Shown piece by piece: positions 18,697 to 27,778 of a DNA stretch of 64,000 nucleotides. The stretch is from positions 111,881 through 175,880 of the forward strand of contig CAVSQB010000026.1 in the NCBI GenBank assembly GCA_963729895.1, given 5' to 3'. This stretch comes from an uncultured Fibrobacterota bacterium. GTDB lineage: Bacteria > Fibrobacterota > Chitinivibrionia > Chitinivibrionales > FEN-1185. The translations under genes were made by a program, and so were the position numbers. The notes beneath the pieces are model-generated. The model made no database searches. It saw only the letters and a list, made by a program, of their open reading frames with translations, and was not told the origin of the DNA. Every line of letters begins with the position of its first letter. Positions within the stretch are counted from its first letter, which is position 1.

Positions 18697-18900
18697 GGGC
18701 GCCCCGCTGCTTTGCAGCGGCGGCTCTCCTTTCGAGCTCGGCCTTTCGGCCTCGGTGCCGCCTGCCGCGAAGGCGCGTTGTCTCGATACGCCGCTCCCGG
18801 AGTGTTCCGCGGGGATGTATCGAGGGGAGCGGCACTCGACATCCGCGCCGCGGTCAGGCAGCACTGCGTTCCAACGCACTCTCCAGTCCATCCTGGCGCC
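18697..18900 (+). repeat. Repeat family A, full-length copy with an enlarged central arm
   Basis: GGGCGCC...GCTCGGCC-TTTC-GGCCTCG...CCAGTCCATCCTGGCGCC aligns with the copies at 21283, 57359 and 59867. Confidence 0.7.
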
Positions 18901-19029
18901 GGGCGGAGGATCAATGCCACAATTGTCAAGTTCGGCAGCCGCACGGTACAAAGGCCGAATCTTGATTTCATATCCTCGCCACTCACAAATTCCGGAATCC
19001 ATCTTCGGCCTTCACAACTGCCATTCGTG

Positions 19030-19112
19030 GGTGCTCCACAGCTGAAGATTGGATTCTTGCCGCCACTCCACCTATGGGGTCACCCGGCACAGCCATCCAA
19101 ATGCATTTGATT
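19030..19112 (-). repeat. Repeat family B core (E-type copy)
   Basis: Reverse complement closely matches 21180-21261. Confidence 0.8.
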
Positions 19113-19211
19113 GATCGCACTTCGAGATAAGCGAAGTCTGTGATCGCCGGATGTTCGCAGTGTATTTTATATTTTTACGACAATCTGTCGATTTCCCGCA
19201 AAGGAGCCCTT

Positions 19212-20453
19212 GTGGCCTTGTTCATCACCACCGTTCTCGTGACCATGGCAGTTGCATTCCTTTGCAATCTCCTCGAAGCGTGCGTCATGAGCCTGTCGCT
19301 TGCCGACATCGCCAAGATCACCGAGCGCCGGCAACTGCTCGGCTCGATATGGAAGAACTTCCGGGACAACATCCAGAAACCGATTGCCACCATTCTCGTC
19401 ATCAACACGTTTGCCGTGACCGTCGGCGCCGCGCTTTCCGGGACCCAATTCAGCAGCCTCTTCGGCGTCAAGTGGGTGGCGCTCTATTCCGTGATTTTCG
19501 CATTGGTCATGATATTGTGGTCCGAGATCCTGCCCAAGACCTTCGGGTACCGCCACAACAGGCTGGTTGCCACGGTGTTCGGAATTCCCTTCAAGGCCGT
19601 CGTCGCCGCCATGACGCCGGTACTCTGGGTCACGCAGTTTCTTACCCGCCCCTTTATGGGAAAAAACAAGGAATCGTCGGCCGACGCGCTGGGCGACATC
19701 AACGTGCTCACCCGGTTTGCCGCGCTCAATAATCTTATAAGTAAAGAACAGGCCAGGCTGGTGATGCGGAGCATCGGCCTGTCGAAGACCCGCGTGCTGG
19801 AAGTGATGATGAAGCGCGACCAGATAAAATTCCTGTCGAGCTCCATGACGCTCACCGACGCCCTCATCGCCGCCCACCTTCACTACCACACCCGCTACCC
19901 GCTCGCCGAGGGCGGCGACCTGGATGCCATCATCGGCTACGTCAACTTCAAGGACATCGTCATCGCGCTGCACATCAATCCGAAGGACCCGTCGCTACGG
20001 GGCGTCATGCGGCCCATGCTGTTTGTGCAGGATTCCGAAAACGCTTCGAACGTGCTTAACAAAATGATACTCGGCCACGATCACATTGCAATCGCGCGCA
20101 ACGACGGCGGCCGGGTGAGCGGGCTGGTGACCCTCGAAGACATCATCGAAGAGGTTTTCGGCGAGATCCAGGACGAGTTCGACATCCTTCCGCGCTTCGT
20201 GCGCGCCATGCCCGACAAACGCTATCTGGTGGGAGGCGCTACGCCCATGAGCGAGCTCAGGGAAAAGGTGTGCCCCGGTTTTCCGGACGAGCCCACGCCC
20301 GTCGACGCGTGGATACGATCCAGGACCAAGAAGGTCATCCAGAAAAAGGAACGGCTGCAATTTTCCGATTACGAATTCGTCATCACCAAGGTGCGCCGAT
20401 CGCAGATTCACGAAGTGATAGTGGCGTGCCTGGCCGGGGAAAAAAAGGCGTGA
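19212..20453 (+). CDS. CNNM (DUF21)/CBS-domain hemolysin-family protein (CorC/TlyC-like)
   Basis: N-terminal TM segments, SEILPKT, HTRYP, GLVTLEDIIEEVFGEIQDEFD; RBS AAGGAG before GTG 19212. Confidence 0.9.
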   Translation: MALFITTVLVTMAVAFLCNLLEACVMSLSLADIAKITERRQLLGSIWKNFRDNIQKPIATILVINTFAVTVGAALSGTQFSSLFGVKWVALYSVIFALVMILWSEILPKTFGYRHNRLVATVFGIPFKAVVAAMTPVLWVTQFLTRPFMGKNKESSADALGDINVLTRFAALNNLISKEQARLVMRSIGLSKTRVLEVMMKRDQIKFLSSSMTLTDALIAAHLHYHTRYPLAEGGDLDAIIGYVNFKDIVIALHINPKDPSLRGVMRPMLFVQDSENASNVLNKMILGHDHIAIARNDGGRVSGLVTLEDIIEEVFGEIQDEFDILPRFVRAMPDKRYLVGGATPMSELREKVCPGFPDEPTPVDAWIRSRTKKVIQKKERLQFSDYEFVITKVRRSQIHEVIVACLAGEKKA

Positions 20454-20509
20454 TGGCGGAGTCGCAGTAGATAACCCTTTTCCTTCACCTCCAACGAAAG
20501 GAGCGTGCC

Positions 20510-21121
20510 ATGCGCTTTCTGTGTGCAGTGAGTGCCGTATGTCTGGTTTTCGGTCTGTCTTTTGCCCAAAATAAACCCCAGCTCGGCGAATTTTCCGCCG
20601 ACGTGGTCCAGTTGAGAAACGGGAAGACGGATACCCAGAAGCTCGAAGTCAAGATCGACAGGATACGGGTCGAAAAGGCCGACAAAGGCAGGAAATCGGC
20701 GGTGATCATGCGTCTGGACAAGGGCGTTACCTGGACCCTTCTGGACAAAAAGCAATACATGGAAATGAACACGGTTTCCTACAAGGACGCTCCGGGGCTG
20801 CGCAAAGAGGCGGATTCCATGGTGGAGATAAAGAAACTCGGCGACGAGACCGTGGCCGGTTACCCGTGCCAGAAAACCCTGTACATTTACAAAGACAAAT
20901 CTCTCGGCGAGATGACCCAATGGGTCTCAAAGAAACTTGCCTATGCGGTAAAAACCGAATACCGCAAAGCCGGAAAGGTGGAGATGACGCAGGAACTCAA
21001 GAACATAAAGGAGACTGCGCCCGACGATGCGGATTTCGAAATTCCGGAGGGATACCAGAAGTTCGAGCTTCCCGCGGGTATGGGAGACATGATGAAGGGC
21101 ATGATTCCCAACATGAAATGA
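20510..21121 (+). CDS. Secreted DUF4412-like protein
   Basis: Signal peptide, EFSAD, LGDETVAGYPC, FEIPEGY. Confidence 0.75.
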   Translation: MRFLCAVSAVCLVFGLSFAQNKPQLGEFSADVVQLRNGKTDTQKLEVKIDRIRVEKADKGRKSAVIMRLDKGVTWTLLDKKQYMEMNTVSYKDAPGLRKEADSMVEIKKLGDETVAGYPCQKTLYIYKDKSLGEMTQWVSKKLAYAVKTEYRKAGKVEMTQELKNIKETAPDDADFEIPEGYQKFELPAGMGDMMKGMIPNMK

Positions 21122-21179
21122 GCGGGCGGAATCTTGTGCCGGGTTGTTTCCCGTATACACGCAGCAAATTCTGCATACA

Positions 21180-21261
21180 AATCAAATCCATGTGTATGGC
21201 TGAGCCGGGTGACCCAAAGCGGGAGTTTGGGCGAGAATCCAATCTTCTGCTGTGGGGCACC
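21180..21261 (+). repeat. Repeat family B core (E-type copy)
   Basis: Inverted counterpart of 19030-19112. Confidence 0.8.
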
Positions 21262-21282
21262 AAGAAATCAAGAGTAAGAAGC

Positions 21283-21419
21283 GGGCGTTCCCCTCGTCGT
21301 GCTCGGGTCGGCCTTCCCTCCGGGCTCGGCCGGATGGCTTCGTTGCCGGATCGCCCCTATGCGTCCGGCGGGGTCGCCCGGCAACGCGCTCTCGCGCGCC
21401 CTTCGGTCCTGCCTAACGC
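21283..21419 (+). repeat. Repeat family A, full-length copy
   Basis: GGGCGTT...GCTCGGCC..GGCTTCG TTGCCGG..CCGGCAA..CCTAACGC. Confidence 0.8.
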
Positions 21420-21493
21420 AAAAAGCAAGAACGCAAAGGTATTCTGAAAACAGTATCTTGATCTTGATATTCGCCGCACACGCTCAGCAATCG

Positions 21494-21910
21494 CTACGCC
21501 ATCTCTATCGCCCGCCGGCCGTTCCCCTTGTCCTCAAACCGAATCATCCTCGTTTCCGGCGGCAAAACGCCGGGAAACATGTCGGCCCATTCGATAAGGA
21601 CAACGCCGTCGCCGCGAACATACTCGTAGAACCCCGTTTCAACGAGTTCCTCCTGTTTCTTAAGCCGGTAGAAATCGAAGTGAAAGACGGGAAACTCCGG
21701 CGCGTCGTGGATATTGACAATAGAAAATGTGGGGCTCCGCACTTCCGACGGTCCGCACAATGCCTCCACAAACCCGCGCACGAATTCGGTCTTGCCGCTT
21801 CCGAGCCCGCCCACGAGCGCAAACACCTCGCCGGGACGGGCGGTTTTTGCCGCGTGCGCGCCGAACGCTCTGGTTTCTTCGACTGAGTGTGAGATGATTT
21901 GTGAACTCAT
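21494..21910 (-). CDS. tsaE: tRNA threonylcarbamoyladenosine biosynthesis ATPase
   Basis: GGLGSGKT P-loop, VRSPTF, HFDFYRL, IEWA. Confidence 0.96.
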   Translation of the reverse strand: MSSQIISHSVEETRAFGAHAAKTARPGEVFALVGGLGSGKTEFVRGFVEALCGPSEVRSPTFSIVNIHDAPEFPVFHFDFYRLKKQEELVETGFYEYVRGDGVVLIEWADMFPGVLPPETRMIRFEDKGNGRRAIEMA

Positions 21911-21935
21911 GATAGAATATTCTTGATTCGATTTT

Positions 21936-22030
21936 GGATTGCTGAGCGGGTGCAGCCGGGGGCCACCCGCTGCAAGCCCGAACCTTCTGCTGGGCGCACC
22001 CTAGAAGCACCCGATTAGGAAAAAGCGCAA
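21936..22030 (+). repeat. Repeat family B, full-length copy
   Basis: GGATTGCTGAGCGGGTGCAGC..GCTGCAAGCCCG..GCGCACCCTAG..GCACCCG aligns over ~90 nt with 49943-49851. Confidence 0.8.
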
Positions 22031-22158
22031 CTGTACTCTTTGCTCAAGTCGGCCTTTTTCCCTTTATCCATTTTGAGTCTATAAGTGGGCTCGACATTCC
22101 ATTAACTAATGCGAAATTAAGAAGGCATCTTAGGATCAGCTGTCAACCAAGCTTCACT

Positions 22159-22341
22159 GGTGCCCCCGCACGGGGGTTGACGCTTGCCACTATGCTTGGT
22201 AGGGGGTCACCTGCTGAGGGGGTGTGGGTGCAGATCGCCGCCGCCTTGATTGCATTGATATGTTTCACAAGAGAAAGGCGGCGGCAGCTGCACCCCAGGG
22301 GGACGACCCTTGGAAGTACCCGACGGGGTAAACTTCCCCCA
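22159..22341. repeat. Family B core plus C extension (GAGGGGGTGTGGGT.CAG..CTG.ACCCCAGGGGGA..CTTCCCCCA)
   Basis: Aligns with 25691-25839. Confidence 0.75.
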
Positions 22342-22364
22342 TTAACAAATTACTAAAAACATCT

Positions 22365-23933
22365 CTATTTAGGTTTCATAATAGCTAGCGGAATAATGAT
22401 CTCCTCCATGGAAATCCCGCCGTGCTGGAAGCTGTTCTGATACTGCCGCTGGTAATTCTCGAATTTGTCGGGGTAGACAAAATAGTAATTCTCCCGCGCG
22501 ATGATGCAATAGGAGTTGAGGGAGAACGCCGGAAGCTTGAACACGGTGGGATCGGACAGAAACAGGGCGTGCCGCTCGTCGCAGGTTATGTTCTCCCCGA
22601 ACTTGTAGCGCAGGTTCTTGGAGGTCTCGCGGGAACCGTACACCTCGGTGCCGCGGGTGCACAGGGTGGAGCCGTGATCGGTGGTAAGAATGACGGTGCA
22701 GTCCTGCGTGGCAAATTCCTTGAGGATCGCAAAAATGGTGGAAAACTGGAACCACGACTGCGTGAGCGAGCGAAACGCGGTCTCGTCGGGCGCAATCTCC
22801 TGCAGGATGCTCGACGTTGAGCGGCTGTGCGTGAGCATGTCGACAAAATTGACGACAATGGAAACGAGCTGGTCCTTTTCGTACGACGCAATCTTCTTGA
22901 GAAATTCCTTGGAGTCTGATGCGTCAAGTATTTTGGCGTACTTGGGATCGTCTGCGTAGTCCAGCCCGCAGCTCTTGAGCTTTCTTGCAAGAAGCTGGCG
23001 TTCGAACCGGTTGAGGCTGCTCTCATCGTCGCTCGGCGTTTTCCACAGGTCCGGGTAATCGTTGGCGATGTCGATGGGGAACTTGCCGGCAAAAAGCGCG
23101 TTGCGCGCGAACGGGGTGGACGTAGGCAGGATCGAATAGAAATAGTTGCGTTCGATGTCAAAATATCTGCGCAGGAGAACTTCTATCGCGCAATACTGGT
23201 CCAGCCGCATGCAGTCAAGCACCACGAAATAGACTTTCTTTCCTTCCTTAAGCCGGGGCACCAGAAACGTCTCCACGATGTGGGGAGACAAAAGCGGGGG
23301 GTTATTTTCGCCCTTGAGCCACTGGCCGTAGTTCTCCGCAATAAAATCGCCGAACGCGGTGTTGCAGTCGGATTTCTGGCCGGCATGGGCCTGGCGCAGC
23401 CCTTCGTCTTCCACTTTCTCCAATTCGAGATCCCATTTGGTAAGCCCCTCAAACTGGCGCGCCCAGTCTTTGGCGGTCATGCGCGTGGACAACGCAAGGC
23501 GGGTGTCGGAGTAGTTACGCACGAACTTCTGGGTGATTTGCGTGGAAATGATCTGCTTCGAATCGAGCAGCTTCTTGCATATCGAAAGGATCTGGCTCGG
23601 GTTGACCGGCTTGGTAAGGTACCCGTCTATCTTCTTGCCCAGCGCCTCGTCCATCACATGCTCTTCTTCGCTTTTCGTCACCATCACCACGGGAAGATCG
23701 GGCGCAATTTCCTTGATTTCTTCGAGCGTGGTAAGTCCGTCTTTGCCCGGCATCTGCTCGTCGAGCAAAACGATGTCGAACGCCTTGGAATTTTCACGGA
23801 TAAGATGAATTGCGTCGTGGCCGGAGTACACGGGCGTCACGTTGTAGCCGCGCGATTCCAGGAACATGATGTGCGCCCGGAGAAATTCGATCTCGTCGTC
23901 CGCCCACAGGACCGTCTTGCGGTTGCCGCTCAT
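22365..23933 (-). CDS. porX: PorX-like response regulator (receiver + PglZ/alkaline phosphatase domain)
   Basis: VLWADDEIE, VLLDEQMPG, YLTKPVNPSQ, SILPTSTPFARNALFAG, TTDHGS, FQHGGISMEE. Confidence 0.88.
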   Translation of the reverse strand: MSGNRKTVLWADDEIEFLRAHIMFLESRGYNVTPVYSGHDAIHLIRENSKAFDIVLLDEQMPGKDGLTTLEEIKEIAPDLPVVMVTKSEEEHVMDEALGKKIDGYLTKPVNPSQILSICKKLLDSKQIISTQITQKFVRNYSDTRLALSTRMTAKDWARQFEGLTKWDLELEKVEDEGLRQAHAGQKSDCNTAFGDFIAENYGQWLKGENNPPLLSPHIVETFLVPRLKEGKKVYFVVLDCMRLDQYCAIEVLLRRYFDIERNYFYSILPTSTPFARNALFAGKFPIDIANDYPDLWKTPSDDESSLNRFERQLLARKLKSCGLDYADDPKYAKILDASDSKEFLKKIASYEKDQLVSIVVNFVDMLTHSRSTSSILQEIAPDETAFRSLTQSWFQFSTIFAILKEFATQDCTVILTTDHGSTLCTRGTEVYGSRETSKNLRYKFGENITCDERHALFLSDPTVFKLPAFSLNSYCIIARENYYFVYPDKFENYQRQYQNSFQHGGISMEEIIIPLAIMKPK

Positions 23934-23976
23934 GAAGGGTGCCTCGCTTTATCGCCCGAAAAATAGGAACTCGGAC

Positions 23977-24080
23977 TCACCACGGAGACATGGAGGACGC
24001 GGAGAAATGAAAGGCCATCATTAATCTTCAATCTATAATTTTGGATTCTCTTCTTGTTCTCCGTGCCTCCGTGGTGAATC
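23977..24080. repeat. Inverted pair of CACCACGGAG.CA.GGAG repeats enclosing ~50 nt
   Basis: TCACCACGGAGACATGGAGGAC ... GTTCTCCGTGCCTCCGTGGTGA. Confidence 0.75.
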
Positions 24081-24114
24081 TTTTCTCCTTCAGCCTGCCT
24101 GAAAATAATTGATC

Positions 24115-25431
24115 TCATGCTCTGCCGGCCTTTGGTTCGGCCCCGGCCGGTTTATCCGGGCCCACCGGAAGGTCGATGAAGAACGTGGTCCCCTTGTCTT
24201 TCTGCGACCACGAAAGATAGATCCTTCCCTTGTGGTAATCTTCCACGATCCGTTTTGCCAGCGTGAGCCCCAGGCCCCAGCCGCGCTTCTTGGTGGTGAA
24301 ACCCGGCGCGAATATTTTCTTCTGGTCTTCCCACGAAATGCCTTTCCCGTTGTCGGTGTGGGAAATACGCACGATCCTGTCGGCGCCCACATAGTCGGTC
24401 TTTATTTCGATGAGGCCGTCGGGCTTCACAATTGCGTCTACCGAATTCTTGAGCAGGTTTTCAAACACCCACTCGATAAGCTGCTTGTTGACCGCGATGG
24501 CGGGTATCGCGCCCGGCGAAAGCCGGATTTCGATGTGCTTGCCCAAGAAGGGAAGCCGCGTGCGGAAATAGGTGGCGGCGTCGTTGAGCACGGCGTTTAA
24601 GTCGCACGGAACAAGCGCGGGGACGCTCCCGATCTGGGAGAACCGGCTCGTCACCTTGCGCAGCCGCAGCAGGTCGTTCCCCATGTTGTCCGTCACCGTG
24701 TGCACCTGCTTGACAAAGTCCTCAGGGTCGATCGGTTCGTCCGCGTGCGTAAGCGATCCGATGTATTCGACCCAGCCCATAAGGGATGAAATAGGCGTGC
24801 CGAGCTGGTGCGCGGTTTCTTTGGCAAGTCCCACCCAGAGGTTGCTTCGCTCGGTAACACGGATGTTCTGGAACCCCAGGAACGCAAAGAAGATGAAGGC
24901 GGCCACCAGTCCCGCTTCGATATACGGCATGCGGGAGAGGCTGTGGATGAGTTCGCTGTTGCCGAACACGAGGTAGCCGAGCCTCGAATGCGTCTCGCTG
25001 AGGTACAGAACCTTGGGCGCGTAGCTCTTCTTGAACTCAGTAACATTCGCCCTGATCTTGGCAATTGCGGAGGCGGACGTGTCGTGCGTCGGGACCTCGG
25101 TGCGATGGAAAAACGGGCCCACCACGATGTTCCGCCACATGAGGGGGTTCCACAGCGTGTCGGTGATGATGACCGGAATATTCGCCTTGCGGATGATCTC
25201 CTCGAAGATGACGTTCATTTCTTCATTGTTCATGCGCTCGGTGATTGCCGTGCGGATGAGCTCGGCGTAGGTCTGGGTCACGCTCACCGACTCTTCCTGC
25301 AATTGCATGATGATGGTGCGCGTGTATTGCGCGTACCAGATAAACGCGGCAAGGCAGGCGAGCAGCAGCACATACCGTCCGGTAAACGGCCGGATTCGCA
25401 TGAGGAAACGGTAGAAGGTTGGATTTGCCAT
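24115..25431 (-). CDS. Membrane sensor histidine kinase
   Basis: Two TM segments, H-box AKETAHQLGTPISSL, N-box ENLLKNSVDA, G-boxes DNGKG and GWGLGL. Confidence 0.93.
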   Translation of the reverse strand: MANPTFYRFLMRIRPFTGRYVLLLACLAAFIWYAQYTRTIIMQLQEESVSVTQTYAELIRTAITERMNNEEMNVIFEEIIRKANIPVIITDTLWNPLMWRNIVVGPFFHRTEVPTHDTSASAIAKIRANVTEFKKSYAPKVLYLSETHSRLGYLVFGNSELIHSLSRMPYIEAGLVAAFIFFAFLGFQNIRVTERSNLWVGLAKETAHQLGTPISSLMGWVEYIGSLTHADEPIDPEDFVKQVHTVTDNMGNDLLRLRKVTSRFSQIGSVPALVPCDLNAVLNDAATYFRTRLPFLGKHIEIRLSPGAIPAIAVNKQLIEWVFENLLKNSVDAIVKPDGLIEIKTDYVGADRIVRISHTDNGKGISWEDQKKIFAPGFTTKKRGWGLGLTLAKRIVEDYHKGRIYLSWSQKDKGTTFFIDLPVGPDKPAGAEPKAGRA

Positions 25432-25507
25432 ATGATCTTAATCTAAAGGTTATTCTTTCTTGTCGTCTTATATGCAAAGACGTGCTTCAAACGGTTAAAT
25501 TCCCAAT

Positions 25508-25544
25508 GGGCGTTCCCCTCGCATTGCTCGGTCCGGCCTAACGC
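25508..25544 (+). repeat. Family A, internally deleted copy
   Basis: Keeps both ends GGGCGTTCCCCTCG and GGTC..CCTAACGC. Confidence 0.7.
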
Positions 25545-25690
25545 GAACAACAAAACTGCAATCGGTCTAATTCTCTATCCGCAATCCAAAATCCTAAATC
25601 TATTTCTAACGCCTATGCCCTCCGCCTTCAGCACCCCGCATTCCAAAGCGAACAGAGATTTTCCTCAGACCTGTACCATCCTCTCTCCGC

Positions 25691-25839
25691 GGGTACCCCC
25701 ACAACACAAGATTGATTCTTGCAAATAGTCCTGCGAGGGGTGCACCCAGGAGGGGGTGTGGGTTCAGACATCAGGCGCGAATTGATATTGACATTTGCCA
25801 TGCGCCGGATGGCTGAACCCCAGGGGGAACCTTCCCCCA
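25691..25839. repeat. Family B core plus C extension
   Basis: Aligns with 22159-22341 and 19030-19090. Confidence 0.75.
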
Positions 25840-25850
25840 CCGATTCATCT

Positions 25851-27134
25851 TTATATTTTCACAATTTCCTTCATCCCGTGCATATACGGCTGCAAAACGT
25901 CCGGAACACGGATCGACCCGCTTGCCGTCTGATAGGTCTCCAAAATGGCGACCAGGATGCGCGCGGTAGCAAGGCCGCTGCCGTTGAGTGTGTGGACAAA
26001 GCGCGGCTTCTCGCCGTGTTTCGGCCGGTAGCGGATGTTCATGCGGCGCGCCTGGAAATCCTCAAAATTGCTGCACGACGACACCTCAAGGAACTTCTTC
26101 TCGCCCGGCGCCCATGCCTCGAGGTCGTAGCACTTGGCCGCCGCGAACGACAGGTCCGCGTCGCACAGCGCAAGAATGCGGTACCGTAGGCCGAGCGCCC
26201 GCAGGATACCCTCTGCGTCCCGCCGCAGCAGTTCGAGTTCGTCGTAGGACGTTTCGGGGACCGTGAACTTTACAAGCTCAACTTTGTTGAATTCGTGCAC
26301 GCGCAGGAACCCCTTGGTGTCCTTGCCGTAGGAGCCGGCCTCGCGCCGGAAACACGCGCTGTAGGCGCAGTATTTTACCGGCAGCAGCTCCGCATCGAGG
26401 ATCTCGTCGCGGTGGAGGTTGGTGACCGGCACTTCGGCCGTCGGAATGCAGTACAGCCGGTCTTCACCGATGTAATACATCTGGTCCTGCGATTTGGGCA
26501 ACTGCCCGGTGCCGAACAGGCTGTCGGCGCTCACGAGGAAGGGCGGGAATATTTCGCGGTACCCGCCCTTCTGCGTGTGCGTGTCGAGGAAAAAATTGAT
26601 AAGCGCCCGTTCGAGCAGCGCGCCCGCGCCCTTGTACACGGGAAACCCGGCGCCAGCCACCTTTGCCCCGCGGGGAAAATCCATGATGTCGAGTGCGGTG
26701 CCGAGCTCAAGATGGTCTTTGGGTGCAAAATCGAATGAAGGCTCGGTTCCCCATTCGCCGAGTGCGACGTTATCTTTCTCGCCGCCGCCGTGCGGCACGC
26801 TGCGGTGAGGGATGTTGGGAACCCAAATCGCCAGCAACCGGATTTCTTCTTCCACGGCTTTTTGCTGGTCGTCAAGATCCTTTACCTTTTCGGAAAGCGC
26901 CTTCATCTCAGCCATGAGACCGGCCGCCTCCGCGTCCTTCTTCTCCCTTTTGAACTGGGCGATCTCGGGCGACCTGGCGTTGCGGACGCTCTTGAGCTGC
27001 TCCACATCCCGGATTATCTGCCTCCTTCGCTCATCGAGCGACAGAATCTTGTCTATGTCAACCGGGCATTTCTTGTTGGCCGCCGCGGCCTTGACGAGGT
27101 CGGAGTTGTCGCGGATGAACTGAAGATCGAACAT
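25851..27134 (-). CDS. serS: Serine--tRNA ligase
   Basis: N-terminal coiled coil, IPTAEVP, FRREAGSYGKD, EVSSCSN, HTLNGSGLA. Confidence 0.98.
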   Translation of the reverse strand: MFDLQFIRDNSDLVKAAAANKKCPVDIDKILSLDERRRQIIRDVEQLKSVRNARSPEIAQFKREKKDAEAAGLMAEMKALSEKVKDLDDQQKAVEEEIRLLAIWVPNIPHRSVPHGGGEKDNVALGEWGTEPSFDFAPKDHLELGTALDIMDFPRGAKVAGAGFPVYKGAGALLERALINFFLDTHTQKGGYREIFPPFLVSADSLFGTGQLPKSQDQMYYIGEDRLYCIPTAEVPVTNLHRDEILDAELLPVKYCAYSACFRREAGSYGKDTKGFLRVHEFNKVELVKFTVPETSYDELELLRRDAEGILRALGLRYRILALCDADLSFAAAKCYDLEAWAPGEKKFLEVSSCSNFEDFQARRMNIRYRPKHGEKPRFVHTLNGSGLATARILVAILETYQTASGSIRVPDVLQPYMHGMKEIVKI

Positions 27135-27379
27135 GGGACGATTTCCTTTTCTGTCACAGGTGCAATCACGTATGCGCCGGAGGGGCGTACTAAAAATACC
27201 GTTTTGTCCGGAGAAAAACGACTATTTATGCCACAAATCCCGGCCATTTCCGTCATTCCCGCGTACACGCAGCCGTCGGGGGTGCCTCGGAAGGCCACAG
27301 TTATGTTTCCCCGGTCCGAAACCCTTTCTATTATTTTTCAATTTCCGTTCGCAGGCAATCAACCGCAAAGGCTCCTTTC

Positions 27380-27778
27380 GTGCAAACCTTTCCCCCTGTC
27401 GAAACCCTGCTTCCGCACCGGCCGCCCGCCGTTGTCGTGGACAGGATCATCGCATATGAAAAGGGGACAATCCGGTGCGAAAGAAGGGTCGGCCCACACG
27501 AACACTACGGTCCCGGATTGTCCGCCGAAGGCATTGTTGAATTCTGCGCGCAGGCAGCAGTTTTGTGCGAGGCAATGGGCTCGGGCCGGGCGATGCGGCA
27601 GGGTGTGCTCGCAGGCATCGATGATTTCGTTTTCTTCCGGCACGTGACGGCCGGCGATGTCGTAGTCGCGGATATAAGGGTGAAAACAAGGTTTGGCAGC
27701 CTCGGCCTTTTCGAATGCGATGTGACGTGCGGCGGCTCTCCGGTTGCGCACGGCTTCCTGAAGGCGGCGCAATCGTGA
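27380..27778 (+). CDS. Hotdog-fold 3-hydroxyacyl-ACP dehydratase (ApeP/FabZ-like)
   Basis: LLPHRPP..VD, IVEFCAQ; first gene of the KS/ACP operon. Confidence 0.75.
   Translation: MQTFPPVETLLPHRPPAVVVDRIIAYEKGTIRCERRVGPHEHYGPGLSAEGIVEFCAQAAVLCEAMGSGRAMRQGVLAGIDDFVFFRHVTAGDVVVADIRVKTRFGSLGLFECDVTCGGSPVAHGFLKAAQS

Noticed and set aside
21944..21984. Group II intron domain V (GAGC..GT GC..GC AA GCCCG)
   Set aside because: The bulge architecture is similar, but the basal GAGC/GTTC pairing fails in both full copies, there is no GNRA loop, and no domain VI or RT gene is present.
22142..22181. HEARO/IscB omega-RNA start (GTCAAC...GTTGAC hairpin)
   Set aside because: Only a 7-bp stem matches, it overlaps a family B core, and no iscB, tnpB or tnpA gene is nearby.
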